DNA of 41,273 bases from Ascoidea asiatica JCM 7603. Lineage: Eukaryota; Fungi; Ascomycota. The notes below the pieces were generated by a model, which had not been told where the DNA came from, made no database searches, and worked only from the letters and a program-made list of their open reading frames with translations. The stretch is taken from the NCBI GenBank assembly GCA_001600695.1, contig BCKQ01000002.1, forward strand, positions 1 to 41,273. Reading direction: 5' to 3'. Shown here piece after piece: positions 1-12,090 of this stretch. A program made the position numbers and the translations under genes. Position 1 is the stretch's first letter. The number at the start of each line of letters is the position of its first letter.

Positions 1-68
1 CAACTGTCATCCAACATCAACTGTCATCCAACATCAACTGTCATCAAACATCAACTGTCATCCAACAT
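1..68. repeat. 17-bp tandem minisatellite (CAACTGTCATCCAACAT)x4, may extend beyond the window start
   Basis: Units at 1-17, 18-34, 35-51 (one C>A variant) and 52-68. Confidence 0.95.
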
Positions 69-469
69 AGAATACGACATAAGATACTTACAGACAGTCA
101 CATGCTTTCTCAACCAAAAAACGTATTTACTGGACCGCGCTAAATTTTTTATCATACAGATGTTTCAGTCTTACTAAGCGTGCTTCGCCCGTTCGATGTC
201 TACCTACATAACCTTTTATATTTATAAAAGCTTTTGTTTTCATGTCAACAACCTGCTTCAACTGGTACCCATTTTCAATTCGAACATAATTTTATGAAAA
301 AGGTTTCTTAAAAGAAATTCAATGAAACTGATCAAATTCTATTTTATTAAATATATTTTTTTATTTTTTTATTCATTTCTACTGGTTTATCCTAACAGCT
401 TTTTGGAATATATTTTCTGCTTACTATTATTTTGAATTCTCTTTCATTCAGTATCATTTTTAATAAGAC

Positions 470-3199
470 ATGCCAATTTTAGATACATTTAACCCATATA
501 TTAAGCCTTTGCTTCCAAATTTATCACGAACTTCAAAGAATGTATTTTATTTTTTGCTTATATTACTTTTAATATTGCAATTTATAATATTTTCATCTAT
601 TCAAAGTCAGTCTCGAATCGTCTCATCCAACATTAATATCGAAGGTGATTTGGGAAAAATACATCAGAACAATTTCTTCAATAAACATAAAATCTCACAA
701 AATCTTAAGAAGGCTCAGATTAGTAAAAATTTTAATTCAAATTTTCATTTTAGAGACAAATCTGCTACAAACGTTTTATTAGTAAATGATAAAGATCCTG
801 GCCCAAGTCATTATTCTCATCTAATTAAAAAATATTCATCTTCATTTCCTTCCATTTTTACTTTTCATCAACGTTGTTCTATTTACTTTGATGAATTATA
901 TAACGTTAATTCTGAATGGCATGTTGCAACTTTTCAAAACTATCAGTACAATAAATTTGTCTTTGACCATGATTTTTATATCCAAGAAAAAATTAATCAA
1001 TTGGAAGGACAAAGAAAAAGCGATTTAATTTCAAGTGGAAAATCAGAAGAGGAAGCTAATAATGAGTTCCAAAAGATAACTGATGGAGAGAAGGCTAAAT
1101 TTGAATTGGATTTTCAAAATGAATTAAAATTAGCTTTGGAAACAGAACAGGTCATGATTGATGCAATGTCTCATTTGAGGGTCTTTGGTAAATGCTTCTT
1201 ATCTAATAGCACTCCCATTACTACATCGAATTCTTTGCTTAATAAAGGCAGTGATAGTAACGAGGACTATATCTCAGAATCAAATCTGCTTTCAAATCCC
1301 CACGTTGGTTCAGATTCACACTCTAATCCTAATCTTAACACTATCAATTCAGCTGCAGCTACTAATCCAGAATCCAATTCGGACTCAATTCAGGATTTAT
1401 TCGATTCAAAAGTAATTGCTGAAAAAATCAAAAATTCGTTCAAATATCTTAAATCAAATCCCATATCACTTAAATCTAAAAAGTTAATCAAAAGGAAGGT
1501 TACAAATGATATCAATATGGAAAAGTCTAAGAATTCAAATCAATACGATCAATTAATAGATATCTGTTCAGATACTGAGTATAGATTGTTTCCTTGGATG
1601 ACTAAACGATTACCAGTATATACCAGATGGACAGGAGAAGTGGTCTTGGGCATTCCAAAGATGTCGAGCTATATAAAAGGTGGTTCATCTTATCTTGAAG
1701 ATGATCGAATTATTCCTGAAAATTTGGATTCTTGGGGAATAACGGGTAAAAAGAGAAAAACTAAAGTCGACAATGTTGCTTTTAAGAAACGTAAAAGATC
1801 TAATGATTTTATGAAAGAAGCTGAAGATAATAGCAATAATAAGAATGCGAATAATAATTTTAATGATAATGTTAATAATAATATGAAGAAAAAGTCTCCA
1901 AGAAAAAACTGTTTCCTTAATAAGTTTAAAAACAGCTTGAATGGGAAGGGAATAGCCATTTCTGCCTCAGATGAATTTTATGAAGATTTGGTTGGCTTTA
2001 TAAGGCTTTTAAGAGCTCTTGATAACGAATTGCCAATTCAAATCATTCATAAAGGTGACTTATCACCTCAGTCTCAAAGAAAATTAGTAAAAATTGCTAG
2101 AAATCCAATGAAGCTCCCAAAAGAATATTTTCAAAAGGTATCAAGCTATGTTCCAACAAGATTTCCCAAACAAGAGTTATGGTTTGCTAATGTTAAGGAT
2201 TGTATAAGAGATGACTATAAAATGTACTTTTATAAATATGCTAATAAACTTTTAGCCTATTTGTTTTCTTCTTTTGATGAATTATTACTCATGGACACAG
2301 ACACTATTCCTTTGATCAAACCCTCGGACTTTTTCAATTTAACACCTTACAAGAATTCAAATACGTTGTTTTTCAAGGATAGATCCAACTGGGAATGGAT
2401 TTCTTCTCATGATGCTAAATATTTCACTAAGTTGATGCCAACTCAATTTGATGAAATTATGTTTGATATTCCAAAATCTACTTCTAAAACTTTGAAAAAT
2501 CATTATTTAGGAGGTCACTTTAAACATTTTATGGAAGCCGGAATCGTAGGAATAAAGAAATCTGAATATTTTATTGGGATCTTAACAACGATTCAAATGC
2601 AATTTTGGATGCCTGTTTATACCAGAATTTGGGGTGAAAAGGAACTATTTTGGATGGGCCAATCCATATCGGGTAATGAAAATTATCAATTTAATCAGCA
2701 TTCGGTTGTGTCAGTAGGTGAGTTAACTCCAATGTTTCAACGGCCAGAAGGAACTATAGCTCATGAATTGTGCTCAACACATCCAGGCCATCTTTCAGGC
2801 GATGATAATTTTACTTTACTTTGGATTAATTCTGGTTTTAAGACATGTAAAAAAGATGAAGCGTTCGAGAGAGATAGTGAAAGTGATAGATATGGCAAAG
2901 TTTACACCAAAGAACAGTTAAAACAACATTATCTTTCACCTCTTAGAATAAACGCGGCCCTAGAGCCTCCAGATGGTCAATTCAGTATTCCAAATCAAAT
3001 AAATGAACCTGCCATGGGATGGATGATGACTATGGAATGTGAAAATTATCTTTGGTGTGCATATGATATAATAGGAGCCAGCAAAGCAAAACAAGATAGA
3101 GGTTTTTATGTTGAGTATGATAAAATCACAGAACAGAGATATGATTATTACGGATATTTATGGATGGGTATCGATTTGGAAGATTTTACTGACTTTTAG
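470..3199 (+). CDS. MNN1: MNN1/MNT-family alpha-1,3-mannosyltransferase (GT71), type II Golgi membrane protein, paralogue A
   Basis: 909-aa ORF with an N-terminal TM helix and motifs HLRVFGKC, GKGIAIS, LPIQIIHKGDL, DxD (MDTDT), FFKDR, WGEKELFW, CSTHPGH, LLWINSG and YLWCAY. The symbol denotes the family, not proven orthology. Confidence 0.9.
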   Translation: MPILDTFNPYIKPLLPNLSRTSKNVFYFLLILLLILQFIIFSSIQSQSRIVSSNINIEGDLGKIHQNNFFNKHKISQNLKKAQISKNFNSNFHFRDKSATNVLLVNDKDPGPSHYSHLIKKYSSSFPSIFTFHQRCSIYFDELYNVNSEWHVATFQNYQYNKFVFDHDFYIQEKINQLEGQRKSDLISSGKSEEEANNEFQKITDGEKAKFELDFQNELKLALETEQVMIDAMSHLRVFGKCFLSNSTPITTSNSLLNKGSDSNEDYISESNLLSNPHVGSDSHSNPNLNTINSAAATNPESNSDSIQDLFDSKVIAEKIKNSFKYLKSNPISLKSKKLIKRKVTNDINMEKSKNSNQYDQLIDICSDTEYRLFPWMTKRLPVYTRWTGEVVLGIPKMSSYIKGGSSYLEDDRIIPENLDSWGITGKKRKTKVDNVAFKKRKRSNDFMKEAEDNSNNKNANNNFNDNVNNNMKKKSPRKNCFLNKFKNSLNGKGIAISASDEFYEDLVGFIRLLRALDNELPIQIIHKGDLSPQSQRKLVKIARNPMKLPKEYFQKVSSYVPTRFPKQELWFANVKDCIRDDYKMYFYKYANKLLAYLFSSFDELLLMDTDTIPLIKPSDFFNLTPYKNSNTLFFKDRSNWEWISSHDAKYFTKLMPTQFDEIMFDIPKSTSKTLKNHYLGGHFKHFMEAGIVGIKKSEYFIGILTTIQMQFWMPVYTRIWGEKELFWMGQSISGNENYQFNQHSVVSVGELTPMFQRPEGTIAHELCSTHPGHLSGDDNFTLLWINSGFKTCKKDEAFERDSESDRYGKVYTKEQLKQHYLSPLRINAALEPPDGQFSIPNQINEPAMGWMMTMECENYLWCAYDIIGASKAKQDRGFYVEYDKITEQRYDYYGYLWMGIDLEDFTDF

Positions 3200-3524
3200 A
3201 ACCAATAAATATATATATCATCGATTTTCTTGCTGTATATCCTATATTTTAACCTGTTTTCACTGATAGTGAAAATATTCTATTATATTTCATTTAGTTC
3301 TTGTTTACTAAAATTACGAGTTTGTCTCAATGAATATAGGCTCGTTTTTGTTAGATTTTTTGTCAAATTTTATAACGTAAAAGAATTTTTTATAGTAAAA
3401 AAAATGGAGTCATATACCAAAACACTTCAAGGTTCGACCGCGTTTTAATAAAATGTAAATGATCTTATATGATAGAGTTGCTTCTATTCAAAAATTTAAA
3501 ATTCTTTTTATTTGAGAAGATAAA

Positions 3525-4799
3525 CTACTCACTGAACTTTGATTGTAGCTCCAAAGCTCTCAACAAAACCTGTTCTATTGTTAGTCTTGAATTAGGATCC
3601 ACAATAATGCATTCGCTTATTAGATTCTTAATTTCGTTGGAATAAAAGGTTTCCTTTGGAAAGGAAAAACTACCCGAACTGATAGCCAAACTGATACTAG
3701 CACCGGATTCTGCTTCTTCTCTTTCAAAGGGAGAACAGCCGTATAATAAGGCATAAACTGTGCATCCCAAAGACCAAATATCTATCTTCTCATCTATTTG
3801 ACTATTAGTTGTTACATCTAATAGTTCAGGAGCTCGATAAGGCAAAGTACAGTGTTCGGCCGCTAACTCTTGTAATTGTAGTGCTTGAGATCTTGTTTTA
3901 AGGTGAATTCTAGCTTTAGCACAGGATCCTAAATCACATAAAACGGGAAGCCCTTCATTAGAAATCATAATATTAGCTGGCTTAATATCCCTGTGGGCAT
4001 AAGGGACAATTTGATCCTCGTCAAGGTCTGACTCTATTGAAACTGGTAAAGTATTAAGAGAAATATCATTTGCACTGTTTAAGCTCTGCTGAAAATCGGA
4101 ATTAGTTGAGGTTTCACCTGTACTTAGCAAAATAGCACCAGGAAACTGCTGGCTTGTAGCCATACTATTATCATCTTCTTCCTCTTCATCTAGAAGAATT
4201 TCATTCTCATTATTGTTATCACTGTCGTATAAGGGATTAACCTGTCTATTTAGAGATGTAGGCATACCATTATGCACATAATTTCTATCGGTATTTCCAA
4301 TAATTTCATTTAGATTTATTTTTCTTTTTCTACTTTCCATAGAAGATTGTAAAGAATGTCTATGCATTACTTGAAGTCCTCGACAAATTCCAATAATAAA
4401 CCTTATAACCTTAATTTCCTCCATTTTTTTGTTATTCATCACATTATCGTTTATCATATCTTGTAGAGATCCTTTTTCAAAAAATGGTAATAAAATGTAC
4501 ACTAATTTTTCTCCACTTTGTTGCTCAATACTATAATCTATAGCCTTCATGATATAAGGACTTTGAAACTCATTATAACTATTTATCTCGTTAATAGCAT
4601 TTCTAATAGATTCAGAGCCATTTGGACATTTAATTTTTTTTAATGCGTATTTACCACTATTATTTGCCTCAACAAGGTAAACATAGGAAAAACCTCCTTC
4701 TCCTAATAGTTTTAAAATTTTGAATTTTGAGTCATTAATTTTTATGATTGGCTTTGAAAAGCACAACGGAAAGCAAAAATATGAACAAAAGTTTTCCAT
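3525..4799 (-). CDS. ENV7: Env7/STK16 (NAK family) vacuolar Ser/Thr kinase
   Basis: GEGGFSYVY, YALKKI, HRDIKPAN, DLGS, CTLPYRAPE and DIWSLGC motifs, plus an N-terminal Cys cluster. First ATG is at 4799 (the ORF track used an upstream TTG). Divergent from RVB2 as in S. cerevisiae. Confidence 0.92.
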   Translation of the reverse strand: MENFCSYFCFPLCFSKPIIKINDSKFKILKLLGEGGFSYVYLVEANNSGKYALKKIKCPNGSESIRNAINEINSYNEFQSPYIMKAIDYSIEQQSGEKLVYILLPFFEKGSLQDMINDNVMNNKKMEEIKVIRFIIGICRGLQVMHRHSLQSSMESRKRKINLNEIIGNTDRNYVHNGMPTSLNRQVNPLYDSDNNNENEILLDEEEEDDNSMATSQQFPGAILLSTGETSTNSDFQQSLNSANDISLNTLPVSIESDLDEDQIVPYAHRDIKPANIMISNEGLPVLCDLGSCAKARIHLKTRSQALQLQELAAEHCTLPYRAPELLDVTTNSQIDEKIDIWSLGCTVYALLYGCSPFEREEAESGASISLAISSGSFSFPKETFYSNEIKNLISECIIVDPNSRLTIEQVLLRALELQSKFSE

Positions 4800-4934
4800 T
4801 CTATTCAACCAATTATCCCAGATTGTTTAAAACACTAAATTTGGTTTTTGTTTGAAATGGTTGTCTCTGAGGATAAGTTATAAATTGATCTTTGTAAATA
4901 TAAATCATTTTACTGTGTTCAGGTTACGTTGCAG

Positions 4935-4941
4935 CGGGTAA
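4935..4941 (-). promoter_or_regulatory. Reb1-type site (TTACCCG) in the ENV7/RVB2 divergent promoter
   Basis: CGGGTAA exact match in a short bidirectional intergenic region. Confidence 0.5.
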
Positions 4942-5134
4942 CGTTAAGTTTTAGTATCTTTCTAATCTTCGCCATATCAGACGTACCGTATCACATGACA
5001 GTCTATTTTTCTAATGTTAACTATTTTCAATATTTTCTTTAAAAATTAAATTTAGAAATGATGAAAATTTATTCAAATTGCTTTAAAAAACCTATTTTCC
5101 TTTAAACTCATATAATCAAAAAGTGTGAATCAGT

Positions 5135-6706
<1,572 letters not shown>

Positions 6707-6842
6707 AGTGGGAAACCTTTTAAATTAATTGTTCAATTGTTTTAATAAACGTTATGTAATATATTAATCATTTTATGTCTCTAATTTGTCGTAATTACAA
6801 TAAACTATATCAGCAAAATTTAATACAAAGTTAGCTAATATT

Positions 6843-7505
6843 TCAGCCACTTCCCTTGGTGTTTAAAATTAAGGCTACAATCATCCCATATAAGCCCAAA
6901 ACTTCGCTGAAGATCAAAATCAAAACAATACCAACAAATAATCTCGGTTGATGCATAAATCTTCTAACACCTTCATCACCAACAATTCCAATAGCATATC
7001 CACTGGCTAGACATGAAAAACCAACAGATAAACCACAAGTTAAATGCATGAATCCATTAAAAAGTGAATAATTTTCAGTTGGAGATAAATTCCCTGCTAT
7101 TAAAACAGCAACAACTAATCCATAGACGGAAAGAATACCTGACATTACGACTGGTATTAAAGATTTCATTATAATTTCAGGTTTGAATGTTGATATACCT
7201 GCAATACCAATTCCAGATTTTGCAGTACCGATTGCTGCACCTGCACAACTTAGAACCATTGCAGCACAACAACTGAAAAATAATTAATTTGAAAAACAAC
7301 TTAAGTTAATATAAGTACTATAGGAAAGGATAAAATTATCTGATAAATACATACCCTGCAAAACCAAAAAATGGAGCAAATGCTGGAGCAAACTCTTTAC
7401 CAAGATCAGACCTTATTTTTATGTTAGTAAGTCAAAAAAAGATTCTTAAAGATAATTGAAAATAACCGAAAAAAATGAACCAAAAATAAAAGTTAAAGCT
7501 TACAT
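6843..7505 (-). CDS. VMA11: V-ATPase V0 proteolipid subunit c'; exons 7505-7504, 7411-7355 and 7272-6843 (162 aa)
   Basis: Near-identical to Vma11 ([13 protein letters not shown]...[13 protein letters not shown]). Intron 1 is 7503-7412 (GTAAGC, TACTAAC, AAG) and intron 2 is 7354-7273 (GTATGT, TATTAAC, CAG). The spliced N-terminus is [28 protein letters not shown]. Confidence 0.94.
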
Positions 7506-7935
7506 ATTAAACTGTGAAAAGAAATGAATTTTACTCAAAATTTAAAAAACTTTAATGGTTGTGAATTAGTTAAGTATTAAATTTGAAAACATATTCCTAT
7601 TTGTTTAATGTTGTATAAACTCGAATTCAATCAACTCATCCAAAAGTATTAATGTCTTACCGTTCCGATTGTGGATTTTCAAAGAAAAAAATCCGGTAGT
7701 TGGAACTTGTAAGATCACGTTTTAAATGCGGAAATCAGTCTCTGTCGATTTCTGTTGTTTCAAACAAACAAACTTTTATCTTTGTTTACAAAACTTATTT
7801 GCAAAGTTACAACTTCAATTAAAAATAATGATTGTAGCAAACTCTTATTTTTGATTTCCTCAATTGTATGTGTTTCTCAAGCTTGTTTGAAAGAAACTAA
7901 ACTCAAACATTGATGAAACAAATAAGTTGTTGAAG

Positions 7936-8637
7936 ATGAATTCAAATTTTGAAAAAATTCATTTACAAAAATCCGATGTTCGATACTTATATCAACAGAT
8001 ACATCAAGCTGCTCTCGATAAACTAAATCTTCATCTTCCTTCCGATAGTCAGCAATTATCCAATGATATAAATGAGGATCCAATAAGAAATAATGTTAAG
8101 CTACTTGTTGATCAATTCATTTTTGATTCTTTAGAGCTTTCCAAATTTTCATGTATTGTTGATGACAAAGAGTTTTTGACTAAAGATGATGGTTTTTTGG
8201 AAGATTTAATTGTTGATAAAGAAAAGAAGGAAGAAATTGAACCTTTTGATTTCAATCTCAATAATAGACTAAGAAAAGCGTATAAAAGTGTTGAGGATGA
8301 AACAATTAAAGTCACTAAAATGAGAAGATTAATTCCCTCTAATGGAACCAAAAACTTTCATGCTTCTTTTCAAGAAAACCTAAAAGAGTTAGATGATTCT
8401 ATTCTTAAATTGGAAGAATACGAAAAAGAGTATACTGAAAATGATTTGTTGATACTAACATCACATGTACATCCTTTGGAACCCTGCGAATCTGAGAATC
8501 GTAAAGAGGTCTTGGAAGAATTTAAAGATATGATCGTTCAACTTGAAGTAATAAAAGATGGTGTTACTAAAAGAAAACAGGAAATACAAAAACTTCAAAC
8601 CCTAACAAGCTTTTCAGAGTCCCGAAAATACTCTTGA
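7936..8637 (+). CDS. NSL1: Kinetochore MIND/Mis12 complex subunit Nsl1/Mis14
   Basis: KLNLHLP and EPFDFNLNNRLRKAYKSVEDETIKV resemble Nsl1. Divergent from VMA11 as in S. cerevisiae (YPL233W). First ATG is at 7936. Confidence 0.82.
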   Translation: MNSNFEKIHLQKSDVRYLYQQIHQAALDKLNLHLPSDSQQLSNDINEDPIRNNVKLLVDQFIFDSLELSKFSCIVDDKEFLTKDDGFLEDLIVDKEKKEEIEPFDFNLNNRLRKAYKSVEDETIKVTKMRRLIPSNGTKNFHASFQENLKELDDSILKLEEYEKEYTENDLLILTSHVHPLEPCESENRKEVLEEFKDMIVQLEVIKDGVTKRKQEIQKLQTLTSFSESRKYS

Positions 8638-9021
8638 ACTATTGTAATTTTCAAATGTTCAGAATTTGGAATGCCATGCATGTTTGTAAACTTAATTACC
8701 TTTGCATTGGGTTTTCAAAATATTTTACTATATCTTAGTTTTTTTTACTATCAGAAATTGAGGTGTCTCCTAAGCCAAAAAATTGAAAGATTATTACTTA
8801 TAGCTTGCCGATTTTCAAAAAATAACTTAGTTCAATTTATTAAAAGTAAATATACACTTGATTATAATATGGCTTTAATGAGTAATATCATTGAAGTGGT
8901 ATAGGCAACTGTAACTTTTCTAACATTGATCTCGATGCTTTTTTTTAACCTTTTATACATGATTTAGTTTCTTTTTATTTATGTAATATATGAATCTAAA
9001 AATCAATATATATATAGTATG

Positions 9022-10320
9022 TTAACCAACAGACACTCCTTGGAACCCTTTTCCACACACTACTCCAAACCAAGTTCCGTCAGTATTCCATGTAATATTA
9101 TTGGTTTCACTTATATCATTATACGAAAAGGATGGGCATGTAATTAAGTTTGAATTAACAGTGTTAGGCGCCCCATTAACAATTTTGGTTTGAGATTGAT
9201 GTTTAAAATGTTTGCTTCTAAATAAAGAAGTATCACCTCTAGATAAGTCCCATAGAAAAGTTTGACAATCATCAGAGCCACTCAAAAGTATTTGTTTATT
9301 AGGATTCCATTTGATTGAATTAACAGCTGCAGAATGGCCTTCCAAAGTTAGAAATGGAGTACCAGGATATCTCGTATCCAAAATTAAAATTGAGCTGGAA
9401 TTGGCAGGTATCGTTGCAATAATATTTGAATCTATATTACTAGTAGCTAATCGTACTAAAGATGTATTAGATTCTTGTGAATGTTCTAATTGATTTTCTG
9501 ATTTAGAACAAGTTTGCATTGGCTCATAAATGATTGTTGAATGTTCTAAAGATCTTAAATCAAATATTCTCATTGAACCATCATTTCCAACAGAAGCAAA
9601 AATATCCTTTGAACCAGTAATAAACTGAACATCAAAAACTTCACTATCATGAGCAATTAATTGAGTTTTCGCTATACCATTACATAAATCCCAAACCGTG
9701 CATGTTGTATCAATACTTGAAGTAATTATGATATTTGGATCAACTTTATTCCAATCCAATGAAGTCAATGGAGCAAGACTATTTATATCAATTGTAGTTT
9801 GAGAAGATCTGGGTAAAGTTAACAGGTCCTTTAGAACATAATTATTTGTAGCATAATCATCAATTACTTCCCATATCCGAAGGCAATTTCCACTAGTAGC
9901 AAATCTTTCAACTAAAATATTATTTGAATTATTATTTCCTACACAATTTGTATTCAACTTAATTGCCGGATCCCATTGAATGTTTGTTACAGGATAATTA
10001 ATTTTCGCTTCACAAACATTTTGAAAATCAAAACCAAGCGTGTCATCTATTTTATTTGTTTCATTCCAGCAAAACTTTTTTAAGTCATTATTGTTGCTAT
10101 TATCAATTTCTGTTTTTCTCAAGGAATGAATAACTTGCAATTTATTTGAAGAATCCTCGCACAAGGTGGATAAAGCTATAGTTTCAGAAGAGTTTGACCG
10201 CCCCCAATCGCATGCATATAGAGGCCAATGAGTTTCATAATAAGTGGATTTTATAGCAGGTTTATCGAAAAATTGAGATGGAATTGAAGGTCCTACTGAA
10301 GAAGGAGTGTAAAAGGGCAT
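9022..10320 (-). CDS. WD40 protein, DCAF7/WDR68/AN11 (YPL247C) family
   Basis: APLTSLDWN, SSIDTTCTVWD, KTQLIAHDSEVFDV and FASVGNDGSMRIFDLRSLEHSTIIYE are signature segments of this family. Confidence 0.9.
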   Translation of the reverse strand: MPFYTPSSVGPSIPSQFFDKPAIKSTYYETHWPLYACDWGRSNSSETIALSTLCEDSSNKLQVIHSLRKTEIDNSNNNDLKKFCWNETNKIDDTLGFDFQNVCEAKINYPVTNIQWDPAIKLNTNCVGNNNSNNILVERFATSGNCLRIWEVIDDYATNNYVLKDLLTLPRSSQTTIDINSLAPLTSLDWNKVDPNIIITSSIDTTCTVWDLCNGIAKTQLIAHDSEVFDVQFITGSKDIFASVGNDGSMRIFDLRSLEHSTIIYEPMQTCSKSENQLEHSQESNTSLVRLATSNIDSNIIATIPANSSSILILDTRYPGTPFLTLEGHSAAVNSIKWNPNKQILLSGSDDCQTFLWDLSRGDTSLFRSKHFKHQSQTKIVNGAPNTVNSNLITCPSFSYNDISETNNITWNTDGTWFGVVCGKGFQGVSVG

Positions 10321-11063
10321 TTTAAAAATGAATATGGAGATTATTATGCTTCAGGATATGGTGAGGAGATTGCTAAACTTTATTAATCGAATTATAGAGC
10401 AAAGAGAACTTTCTCATACTGTAAATGAAGTGAGTAATTTAATACAATCAAATTTAATTTGATATAATTTGATATAACTCAAAACTTCATCAAACTTTCA
10501 ATTTCACTGTTCCTTTGAATCACTTATAATTGTCAACTATACTAACGCTAGAGTAAAGTTAGTGTTGGTATTATAGTATGAGTATCCATTACCACAGCAG
10601 TCTTTACAGAAGGAGACCCTCGGATTATTCCGGATTGGCCGAATGAAATGTTTCCTAAAGCGCAATTTAAATAAATAAGTGCTAAATGTATATCCGTGTC
10701 GCGGAGACTCAGGAAATTGCATCCTCCACGACTGACATGCAGAATACTCAAAAAGAACTAAAATGCCAAAAAACACAAAATTACTAAAATGCCAAAAGCA
10801 ACCGAAGTTAGCCTGCAATAATAACCATTATAACCAATTATAATTAGAAAATCCAATTTATCAGATCCACTTAACCCAAATACAAGGGTACTTCTAAAAC
10901 TGCAATACGGTTTTTGTTTTCAATATAAGTTTGTTAATATTCAAAATAGTATTATATTTCCTCAGTTATTCATAATTCCTTTTTATTTTTGTTTTAGTTA
11001 AACTTTAAAGATTCTTTTTGTTTTTAAAAGCAATATTTCAATCAATAAAACTTGTATCAAAAG

Positions 11064-11757
11064 ATGTCTTCAACTAGAAGACTTTTGAATGAAATCAAAA
11101 AAGCAAATCACTCTAATGATGGTAAGCAGTACTTAAATATCAAATTACTATTTTTCATTCATCAATCAAAATCTCAAAACTAATAAGAATTATTTTTCAT
11201 AAATAATCTTTTAGCTGGTCTTTCATTTTCACAAAAAGATGGAAATATAAAAATTTGGCATATTGGAATTGAAATAGAAAATAACCCATTATATCTTGTA
11301 TGTTTCTAATAAGAACTTAACTTTTTTTCTTATTTTTTTATAAGTCTTCAAGCCTTATTGAATTCTCTAACTAAATTCTCATAAAAAAAAAAAGTTTAGC
11401 ATTGAAGTCGAAATTTTAGTAACTAATCAATTTTTTTTGTTAACATTTTAAAAGGGAAAATATATTTTGGAAGTAGAAGTAACAAATGATTATCCTTTTG
11501 AAGCTCCAATAACTAAATTTATTGGTGATGAAATTCCAATACACCCCCATATTTACTCAAATGGTCACATTTGTTTGGATTTACTTGGAAGCGGTTGGAC
11601 TCCTGTTCAAAGCATTTCTTCTTTAGCCATTGCTATTCAAAGCATATTAGCTAATAATACAAAAAATGAGAGGCCTGTAGGTGATGAGGTCTATTCATCT
11701 AATGCCCCTTCAAACCCTAAATTATCAAATTTTGTCTATGATGATGATTCAATATAA
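11064..11757 (+). CDS. UBE2W: Ubiquitin-conjugating enzyme E2, UBE2W-like; exons 11064-11121, 11215-11297 and 11455-11757 (147 aa)
   Basis: Spliced protein MSSTRRLLNEIKK...WHIGIE..NPLY..KY.LE...YPFEAP...HPHIYSNGHICLDLL...WTP...NPK..FVYDDD. Introns are 11122-11214 (GTAAGC..TAG) and 11298-11454 (GTATGT..AAG). The HPH motif and C-terminal tail are typical of UBE2W. Confidence 0.85.
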
Positions 11758-11955
11758 TTAAATTCAATTTATCTTTATTCAAGTTTAATTTATATTTCAT
11801 CACTTTTTATTTTTCCTTATTTTGATTTCTTATTTTATATCTCATATGATAATTATAATAATAATCAGAATCAGAATCAGAATCATAATTTCATTATTTG
11901 AATTCTACTATTTATTAATTAAGCTACACATATTTGAGATTTACAGTGAGAATAG

Positions 11956-12018
11956 AATTTATTTACAAATTTATTTACGAATTTATTTACCAATTTATTT
12001 ACCAATTTATTTACCAAT
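11956..12018. repeat. 12-bp tandem repeat (AATTTATTTACN)x5 between convergent genes
   Basis: Units start at 11956, 11968, 11980, 11992 and 12004. Confidence 0.9.
11960..11967 (-). promoter_or_regulatory. Puf3-type element UGUAAAUA in the 3' region of the mitochondrial protein gene
   Basis: TGTAAATA on the minus strand about 125 nt after the stop at 12091. Confidence 0.4.
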
Positions 12019-12090
12019 ATATTCACTAATAAATTTAATTAATTATTCGCTAATTCATGAATTAATTAGATTATTAGCTCAATAGTTAAC

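Noticed and set aside
1-68. Tandem repeats as a CRISPR array
   Set aside because: No spacers, eukaryotic context and no cas genes
3431-3442. GGTTCGACCGCG resembling a tRNA B-box
   Set aside because: No A-box or cloverleaf, and an imperfect match
10537-10818. 93-aa and 67-aa ORFs between the WD40 and E2 genes
   Set aside because: They lie in a divergent promoter and do not look protein-like
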